A DNA stretch of 64,000 nt from an uncultured Chthoniobacter sp. (GTDB lineage: Bacteria; Verrucomicrobiota; Verrucomicrobiia; Chthoniobacterales; Chthoniobacteraceae): assembly GCA_903874975.1 (NCBI GenBank), contig CAIQUL010000245.1, forward strand, positions 2,754 to 66,753. Direction: 5' to 3'. Below are positions 17,083 through 23,917 of the stretch, in pieces (within the stretch, counting starts at the first letter, position 1; every line of letters starts with the position of its first letter). A model generated the notes under the pieces. It worked only from the letters and a program-made list of their open reading frames with translations, did not search any database and was not told the DNA's origin. The position numbers and the translations under genes were made by a program.

Positions 17083-18423
17083 CTACATCGCGCCGATCGG
17101 GCGCGGCGTGAGCGTGAACTGCTCCCCTTCCCGCGCGGCCTCGATGCGGATGCTGCTTCCGGCGGCGGCCGCCAGTTCACGCGCGTGCATGAGCATGCTG
17201 GACACCGTGCGGTCGTCGTGCTCGGGGTCATGGTGAAAGAGGTAGAGCCGCTTCACGCTGCCGGCGATGGCGAAGCGCACCACGTCGTCGAGGCAGCCGT
17301 GCCCCCAGCCGACGTGCCGCTGGTATTCCTCGGCGCCGTATTGCGCGTCGGTGATGAGCACGTCGGCGTGGGCGATGAATTTCGCGAGATTCTCCTCGAT
17401 GGTCCGGGGCAGCGCCTCGCCGTGCACGGTGGTGCTGCGCTCGTTGAAAGACTCGTTGTCCGGCAGATAGACGACCGAGCCGCTGCTGGAGAAAACGCGG
17501 TAGCCCACGCAGATGCCGGGGTGATTGGAATAGCACGCCTCCACCCGCACGGCACCGACTTGAAAGTGCAATTCCCTCTGCTCTTCGATGACGACGTCTG
17601 CCGCCATCTGCTTGAGCGCGATGGGAAAGTAGGAGCTCTCCATTTGACCCGCGAGCGTGGCGGCGAGGTCGTCGCAGGCACCTTGGTAGCCGATGATGCG
17701 TAGGCGGTTCTTCGCGTGGTAGGCCGGGAGAAAAAACGGGAATCCCTGAATGTGATCCCAGTGGGTGTGCGTGATGAGCAGGTGGAGGTCGAGCGGGCGG
17801 TCGCCGAACTCCGCCGCCAGCGCCAGCCCGAGCGGGCGGATGCCCGAACCGGCGTCGAGGATGATCAACTGGCCGTCCACCCGCAGCTCCACGCAGGAGG
17901 TATTGCCGCCAAAGAAAACCGTGCTCGGTCCCGGCGTCGGGATGGACCCGCGCACGCCCCAAAACTTCACTTTCGTCGCGCGGTCGGTCGAGTTGGTCGG
18001 CACCAGTTCCGCGGTCGTCTCCCGCGCGGATTCCGCCGGCCTCGCGGGCGCGGGCGGCCCGATGACGTCCAATCCGGCCAGCGCCTCCCGCAGCGTCGAA
18101 AACTCAATCGGCTTCACCAAATAGCCGTCTGCCCCCGCCTCACGCGCACTCTGCCGGTCGGACCCAAAATCACGCCCCGACATCACCACAATTTGCGCCG
18201 TCCGCAGCTCCGGGTCCGAGCGCACGGCCCGGATGAGTTGGTAGCCGTTGCTGCGCGGCATGAGCAGGTCGCACAGGATTACGTCCGGACGATGCCGGCT
18301 GGCCATCTCCAGCCCGCTCTCGCCGTCCTCCGCCTCGCACACGGTCCACCCGTCGCGACGAAGCATCTCCGCAGCCGGACTGCGGCAACTCTGGTCGTCG
18401 TCGATGATGAGGATGGTCTTCAT
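17083..18423 (-). CDS. response regulator receiver domain fused to an MBL-fold metallo-hydrolase
   Basis: The receiver domain runs MKTILIIDDD...DVILCDLLMP...VVMSG...GADGYLVKP. The MBL domain has the LLITHTHWDHIQGFPFF (HxHxDH) motif and a later HHDPEHDD. Confidence 0.85.
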   Translation of the reverse strand: MKTILIIDDDQSCRSPAAEMLRRDGWTVCEAEDGESGLEMASRHRPDVILCDLLMPRSNGYQLIRAVRSDPELRTAQIVVMSGRDFGSDRQSAREAGADGYLVKPIEFSTLREALAGLDVIGPPAPARPAESARETTAELVPTNSTDRATKVKFWGVRGSIPTPGPSTVFFGGNTSCVELRVDGQLIILDAGSGIRPLGLALAAEFGDRPLDLHLLITHTHWDHIQGFPFFLPAYHAKNRLRIIGYQGACDDLAATLAGQMESSYFPIALKQMAADVVIEEQRELHFQVGAVRVEACYSNHPGICVGYRVFSSSGSVVYLPDNESFNERSTTVHGEALPRTIEENLAKFIAHADVLITDAQYGAEEYQRHVGWGHGCLDDVVRFAIAGSVKRLYLFHHDPEHDDRTVSSMLMHARELAAAAGSSIRIEAAREGEQFTLTPRPIGAM

Positions 18424-18574
18424 GCGAAGGCCCGGCGGCAGCCCTCCGGGGAGGGGAGCAAGAGGCACGCCGGGGGTGAAATTCGGAGCATTTGAGGGGA
18501 GCGGTGGGGCGGCGTCCAGCGCGGAGTTTTGCCGGAAAAACGGTGTCCCTTTCCCGCTTCCGCCCTGCGTCCGG

Positions 18575-19057
18575 CTACTTCGGAGACTTGAGACCGGCGA
18601 GGACTTTCACCAGCTCAGCGGTGGTCCCAGAGAAGCTGCGTTTGGCATCGTGCGCCTGCAGCACCCGCCACGCGGGCGTGGTCGCCGCGGGCAGCGCCTC
18701 GGCCAGCAGCCAGGTATCCGCGACGTGAATCAGCGCCACCGGTTTACCCAGATCCTCGCCGACCATGATGACCAGCGGTTGCCCGGTGGCGATCTTCGCG
18801 ATCAACTCGGCGGGAGCCGCGATCTGCACGCGGAAAGTTTCCCCCACCGGCGCGCCTTTGAGCTGCTCGCTGGTCTTCAGTTCGATGACGCGGTTTTCCG
18901 GATTCACGCTGACCACGGACGCCACCGCGACCGCTTTCACGGACTCGTAGATCTTCGCGATCGGCAGGTTGATATTGATCAGCGCCGGTGCCGTCGCGGC
19001 TGAGAGTACGAGGAGCGCGACGGCGAGGAGCAGCGGGGCAGGATGGAGCAAACGCAT
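18575..19057 (-). CDS. hypothetical secreted protein
   Basis: Start MRLLHPAPLLLAVALLVLSAATAPA (signal peptide). 160 aa. No family recognised. Confidence 0.5.
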   Translation of the reverse strand: MRLLHPAPLLLAVALLVLSAATAPALININLPIAKIYESVKAVAVASVVSVNPENRVIELKTSEQLKGAPVGETFRVQIAAPAELIAKIATGQPLVIMVGEDLGKPVALIHVADTWLLAEALPAATTPAWRVLQAHDAKRSFSGTTAELVKVLAGLKSPK

Positions 19058-19100
19058 GGAGTCTGGTAGGCGGGAGCAGCGAGGCAAGCAAGAGCCGGAG

Positions 19101-19646
19101 CTACTTTCCCTCTGCCGCCTTCCCCGGCCCCGGCGCTTTCCCCGGCGGATCCAAGACCATTTTCTCCGGATAGTCTTCGCCTTTGATGCTCCGCCGGACG
19201 GAAGCCTGCCTCGCTTCCCTCTCAGCTTTCATTTTTCGGTAAACATCGGGCTACTGCGCGACGAGGCCGTTCTTTTCGGACAGGTCGGCGACGAGATCGT
19301 AGAGCTCGTATTTGTCCGGGCCGCGTTTGTGCAGCTTGTATTGGTTGTCGCTCCAGCCCCCGGGACCATCCTCCAGCGTCGCTTGGCCGTGATGCCAGAA
19401 GCCGATGGGCTTGGGCCGTTGCTTCATCTGCCCATCGACCAGCGGGACGAGGCTCACGCCCCCGGCGACCATGGCGTCGAGCGCGGGCGTCGGAATCTTT
19501 TTCAGCCCGTTGTCGCCGGTGTCACCCCAGCCCTGGTCATCGGTCATGCAGAAGATGATGTTCGGGCGCGGAGGACTCACTTGGGCGCGGACCGAGGCCA
19601 TTGGGGCAAGGCAGAGAACAGCGAGCGGGACGGCGCTGAGTTTCAT
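19101..19646 (-). pseudogene. arylsulfatase remnant (large internal deletion plus in-frame TAG at 19251-19253)
   Basis: The N-terminus has a signal peptide and PNIIFCMTDDQGWGDTG...TPALDAMVAGG. It then jumps directly to C-terminal sulfatase motifs (SLVPLVDG..., KYELYDLVADLSEKN). After the TAG the same frame continues PDVYRKMKAEREARQASVRRSIKGEDY..., the usual sulfatase tail. The catalytic C/S-x-P-x-R region is absent. Confidence 0.7.
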
Positions 19647-20457
19647 GGGGAAATCGTAAATGAATTGGCTGGCCCGCCTCCTTCGAGGCAGCCGGCGGAG
19701 CGTCGCCCGGCGGGGTCTTGGGGGCGACCGCAGCCTTGCGCCGCCCGCCCTGCGGGAGTGGTCCCCAGATTTCCGCCATGAGCTTGAAAATCTCGGGCTC
19801 CGCCTGTTTCAACTCGCCGGTGACAAAAGGGTAAAAGTCATTCGATCCGAAGTAGCACTCGGTCATTTCCGCGAAAAACTCCTGCGGATTGTTTACGCCA
19901 TAGTGCTCGCGGTTACCGCCGGGGCTGGTCAGGACCGTGGCGTATTTGCCGCTGTCGCGAAACTTCTGCCACGCTGCTTTCACCTTCGCGTGGTCGAAGC
20001 CGAGCACCTGATCGTGATACCCGTGCGCCAGTTCGTGCAGCACGACCCACGGCATCCGGTGGTTCTCAAACGGCGAGAGAAAATCCTCCGCCTGCGGAAT
20101 GTGGACGCACTTCACAAGGTTCGCCGCGTAGCCGTGCGCCTTCAGCCAGTCGGCCCCCGGATGATACTGCGCCGGGCGCAACCCGCCGTAGTCGAGGTCG
20201 AGTTGGATGGTGATCGCGCGCAATTTCGTGAGCGCCGATTCCGGCATGATGACGGCGATCGCCACAAGCCGCGCGCCGAGCAGCTTCAGCGCTCGCGCGC
20301 CGATCTCCGCGCCGTCGCCCGTCAAAAGGCGGTCGTCCACGCGAATGTTCCAGCCCTCGATATTTCGGGTGGTGTGGGCGGTGGGAAGGCCTGGCTTTTC
20401 CGCCGCGAAAGCACGGACGCAAAGCAGTGCGAGGAGTGGAATGAGGAGGAATTTCAC
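19537..20457 (-). CDS. secreted HExxH-motif protein (putative zinc metallopeptidase-like)
   Basis: Has a signal peptide (MKFLLIPLLALLCVRAFA), the VVLHELAHGYH motif and NPQEFFAEMTECYF. The low-complexity C-terminal tail overlaps the sulfatase remnant start by about 110 nt, so the true 3' end is uncertain. Confidence 0.6.
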   Translation of the reverse strand: MKFLLIPLLALLCVRAFAAEKPGLPTAHTTRNIEGWNIRVDDRLLTGDGAEIGARALKLLGARLVAIAVIMPESALTKLRAITIQLDLDYGGLRPAQYHPGADWLKAHGYAANLVKCVHIPQAEDFLSPFENHRMPWVVLHELAHGYHDQVLGFDHAKVKAAWQKFRDSGKYATVLTSPGGNREHYGVNNPQEFFAEMTECYFGSNDFYPFVTGELKQAEPEIFKLMAEIWGPLPQGGRRKAAVAPKTPPGDAPPAASKEAGQPIHLRFPHETQRRPARCSLPCPNGLGPRPSESSAPEHHLLHDR

Positions 20458-20489
20458 GGCGTGGCCACCAGGGGCAGGCCGGTCTCCGG

Positions 20490-21917
20490 TCAGGCGAGAA
20501 TGCCCTTGATCACCTTCGCGCCGTCCACGCCGGAGAGGCGGGCGTCGAGGCCCTGGAATTTGAAGGTGAACTGGTTATGCGCGATGCCGAGTTGGTGGAG
20601 CATGGTGGCGTGGAGGTCGTGGACGGTGGTGACGTTTTCCACGGCGGCGTAGCCGAGTTCGTCGGTGGAGCCATAGACCATGCCGCCGCGGATGCCGCCG
20701 CCGGCGAGCCACACGGACATGGCTTTGTTGTGGTGGTCGCGGCCATTGCCCTGCGACATCGGCGTGCGGCCAAACTCGCCGGCCCAGACGATGATGGTTT
20801 CGTCGAACATGCCACGCTGCTTGAGGTCGGTGATGAGCGCCATGCACGCGCGGTCGATTTCCTCGGCCTTGAATTTGATGCCTTCCTTCACGCCGCCGTG
20901 GTGGTCCCAGTCCTTGTGGTAGAGCTGGATGAAACGGACGCCGCGTTCGGCGAGGCGGCGGGCGGCGAGGCAGTTGCTGGCAAAGGAGCCGTCGCCGGGC
21001 TGGCAGCCGTAGAGCGCGAGAGTCGCGGCGCTTTCGGCGGACATGTCCATCAGCTCGGGGACGCTGGCCTGCATTTGGAAGGCCATCTCGTATTGCGCGA
21101 TGCGGGTGGCGATCTCGGGGTCCTGGACGAGCGCGTCGTGGTGACGGTTGAGCGCGTTGATCGCCGCGATGTCGCCGCCCTGGCGCGCGCGGTCGATGCC
21201 GCCGGGGTTGCTGAGATAGAGCACGGCCTCGCCTTTGCCGCGCAACTGCACGCCCTGGTACTTCGACGGCAAAAAGCCGCTGCTCCACTGGCGGGCGGCG
21301 ATGGGCTGGTTCTGCCCGCCGCGACCCAGCGAAGTGAGCACGACGAAGCCGGGCAGGTCCGCAGAATCGCTGCCGAGGCCGTAGGTGATCCACGCGCCCA
21401 TGCTCGGGCGGCCAGCGATCTGCGAGCCGGTGTTCATGAACATGTGCGCGGGGTCGTGGTTGATCGCCTCGGTGGTCATCGAGCGGACGAGGCAGATGTC
21501 ATCGAGCACGGAGCCGATGTGCGGAAAGAGCGAGCAGATTTCGGCTTCGCTTTTCCCGAATCTCGTGAACGAGTGCTGCGGTCCGAAGCAGGTCAGCTTT
21601 TTCCCCTGCAACTGCGCGAGCTGCTGGCCTTTGGTGTAGCTCTCGGGCATGGGCTGGCCATTCATCTCGGCGAGCTTCGGCTTGGGATCGAAGGTCTCCA
21701 GATGCGACGGCCCGCCGGCCATGGAGAGCCAGATCACGCGCTTGGCTTTCTGCCGCAGCGGCAGCGGATGGATGACGCCGCGCCCGGTGGGTGCAGGCGC
21801 GGCGGCCTGGAGGATGGACGGGCTGAGCAGCGAGGAAAGCGCGAGCGCGCCGACGCCTTGCGAAGTGCGCCCGAGGAAGGCGCGACGGGTGAGGTGGCTG
21901 AGGAGGTGTGGATTCAT
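20490..21917 (-). CDS. DUF1501 domain protein (sulfatase-fold, Tat signal), paralog A
   Basis: Contains a TRRAFLGRTSQGVGALAL twin-arginine leader, MAGGPSHLETFDPKP, GRDHHN and HDLHATMLHQLGI, the signature motifs of DUF1501. Confidence 0.9.
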   Translation of the reverse strand: MNPHLLSHLTRRAFLGRTSQGVGALALSSLLSPSILQAAAPAPTGRGVIHPLPLRQKAKRVIWLSMAGGPSHLETFDPKPKLAEMNGQPMPESYTKGQQLAQLQGKKLTCFGPQHSFTRFGKSEAEICSLFPHIGSVLDDICLVRSMTTEAINHDPAHMFMNTGSQIAGRPSMGAWITYGLGSDSADLPGFVVLTSLGRGGQNQPIAARQWSSGFLPSKYQGVQLRGKGEAVLYLSNPGGIDRARQGGDIAAINALNRHHDALVQDPEIATRIAQYEMAFQMQASVPELMDMSAESAATLALYGCQPGDGSFASNCLAARRLAERGVRFIQLYHKDWDHHGGVKEGIKFKAEEIDRACMALITDLKQRGMFDETIIVWAGEFGRTPMSQGNGRDHHNKAMSVWLAGGGIRGGMVYGSTDELGYAAVENVTTVHDLHATMLHQLGIAHNQFTFKFQGLDARLSGVDGAKVIKGILA

Positions 21918-23350
21918 ACGAGGATGTTTTTGATGACTTTGGCCCCTTCCACGCCGGAGAGGCGTGCGTCGAGGCCCTGGAATTTGAAGGTGAATTGGTT
22001 ATGCGCAATGCCGAGCTGGTGCAGCATCGTGGCGTGGAGGTCGTGGACGGTGGCGACGTTTTCGACGGCCGCGTAGCCGAGTTCATCGGTGGCGCCATAG
22101 ACGAGGCCGCGCCGGATGCCGGCGCCGGCGAGCCAAATGGACATGGCCTTGTTGTGATGGTCGCGCCCCGCGGGGCCTTTGTCGCCCTGCTTCATCGGCG
22201 TGCGGCCAAACTCGCCGCCCCAGACGATGAGCGTGTCGTCGAACATACCGCGCTGTTTGAGATCGGTGATGAGCGCCATGCACGCGCGATCCACTTCTTT
22301 GGCGCGCAACGGCAGTTCTTCGCGCAGCAAACTGTGGTGGTCCCAGTCGCGGTGATAGAGCTGGATGAAACGCGTGCCGCGCTCAGCCAAGCGGCGGGCG
22401 AGGAGGCAGTTCGACGCGAATGTGCCGTCGCCGGGCTGGCAGCCATACATCTCCAGGGTTTTCGCGCTTTCGCCGCTCACGTCCACCAGGTCGGGAACGC
22501 TGGCCTGCATCTGGAAGGCCATCTCGTATTGCGCGATGCGGGTGGCGATCTCCGGGTCGTGAACGATGGAGTCGTGCCAGCGGTTGAGCGTGTTGATCGC
22601 CGCGATGTCGCCGCGCTGGCTCTCGCGCGAAATGCCGGCGGGATTGTTCAGATACAGGACAGGATCGCCTTTGGCGCGAAGCTGCACGCCCTGAAACTTC
22701 GACGGCAGAAAGCCGCTGCTCCACTGGCGCGCCGCGACGGGTTGCGGGGGGCGTCCTTTGCCGGTGGACATCAGGACGACAAAGCCGGGCAGGTTTTCCG
22801 ACTCGCTGCCGAGCCCGTAGGTGACCCACGCACCCATGCTCGGACGCCCGGCGATCTGCGAACCGGTGTTCATAAACATGTGCGCCGGATCGTGATTGAT
22901 CGCGTCGGTGGTCATGGACTTCACGATGCAGATGTCGTCCACGATGGAGCCGAGGTGCGGCAGCAAGGTCGAAAGCTCGGCTTGGTTTTTGCCAAACTTT
23001 TGAAATGTGAACTGCGGCCCCTGGCAGATCAGCGTCTCGCCTTGGAGTTGTGCGAGTTGCTGGCCGGCGGTGAAGCTGGCGGGCATCGGCTGGCCGTCCA
23101 TTTCCGCGAGCTTGGGCTTGTGGTCGAACAGCTCCAATTGCGATGGCCCGCCCGCCATGGAGAGCCAGATCACGCGCTTGGCTTTCTGCGGCAGCGGCAG
23201 CGGATGGATCACCCCGCGCCCGCCGGGAGCCGGCGCCGCCAACCCGGCGGACGAACCCAGCAGCGAGGTAAGCGCGAGCGCCCCGATGCCGTGGCCGGCG
23301 CGCCCGAGAAAGGCGCGGCGGTTGAGATGGGTGAGGGCGGATGGGTTCAA
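21914..23350 (-). CDS. DUF1501 domain protein (sulfatase-fold, Tat signal), paralog B
   Basis: Same motif set (NRRAFLGRAGHGIGALAL, MAGGPSQLELFDHKP, GRDHHN, HDLHATMLHQLGI). Its stop overlaps the start of paralog A by 4 nt. Confidence 0.9.
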   Translation of the reverse strand: MNPSALTHLNRRAFLGRAGHGIGALALTSLLGSSAGLAAPAPGGRGVIHPLPLPQKAKRVIWLSMAGGPSQLELFDHKPKLAEMDGQPMPASFTAGQQLAQLQGETLICQGPQFTFQKFGKNQAELSTLLPHLGSIVDDICIVKSMTTDAINHDPAHMFMNTGSQIAGRPSMGAWVTYGLGSESENLPGFVVLMSTGKGRPPQPVAARQWSSGFLPSKFQGVQLRAKGDPVLYLNNPAGISRESQRGDIAAINTLNRWHDSIVHDPEIATRIAQYEMAFQMQASVPDLVDVSGESAKTLEMYGCQPGDGTFASNCLLARRLAERGTRFIQLYHRDWDHHSLLREELPLRAKEVDRACMALITDLKQRGMFDDTLIVWGGEFGRTPMKQGDKGPAGRDHHNKAMSIWLAGAGIRRGLVYGATDELGYAAVENVATVHDLHATMLHQLGIAHNQFTFKFQGLDARLSGVEGAKVIKNILV

Positions 23351-23462
23351 AAAATGGAAAGGCTGGAAGGTGGGGGTAGGCTTAGAGAGAGCGGTCGTCC
23401 TGAGCGGAGTTCCCGGTGGGCGCAGGCGAGCGGGAACGGAGTCGAAGGACCTCTAACTTTTC

Positions 23463-23786
23463 GTGGGCGGAGGCGGCGGGAGAGCCCGCGCCACCGGCCA
23501 CGGCGCGCAACTCCTGCGGGTCTCGCCAGAGCTTGCGACCGCGGTCACCGGGCACTTTTTTGAGCAGATGGACTTGGGCATCCGCTTCCGCCGCTGCCAG
23601 GTCAGCGAGCAGCAAGTCGAGCGAATCTTTATGGACCTCACCCACCGCCACACCGCGCGGGAAGGCTTCCGCACTTACGACATCCTGCACGTGGCCTCGG
23701 CGCTGGTGCTGGGGTGCGACACGTTTTGGAGCTTCGACGCGACGGCGAAGAAGCTCGCGCGGCTGGAAGGTCTGGCGGTGAACTGA
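23463..23786 (+). pseudogene. 5'-truncated PIN-domain (VapC-like) toxin remnant, no antitoxin gene
   Basis: The C-terminal half matches the VapC pattern (GFRTYDILHVASALVLGCDTFWSFDATAKKLARLEGLAVN). The N-terminal acidic DTS-type motif is absent. The frame opens right after a TAA at 23454-23456, and only 113 bp separate it from the divergent DUF1501 start. Confidence 0.5.
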
Positions 23787-23824
23787 GGCGCGTTCCGGCA
23801 GGGGCGTTTCATTTTTAACGCCGA

Positions 23825-23897
23825 GACGCAGAGGCGCGGAGGGCGCAGAGTCGGCAACGCGCGTCGCGCGGTGGAGAAACCTCCGCGCCTCGGCGTC
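23825..23897. repeat. long imperfect hairpin / REP-like element between convergent genes (possible bidirectional terminator)
   Basis: GACGCaGAGGCGCGGAG (23825-23841) pairs with CTCCGCGCCTCgGCGTC (23881-23897): 16 of 17 positions, with an 11-bp perfect core and a 39-nt loop. Confidence 0.7.
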
Positions 23898-23917
23898 GCT
23901 GCGCTGGACCGAAAAAC

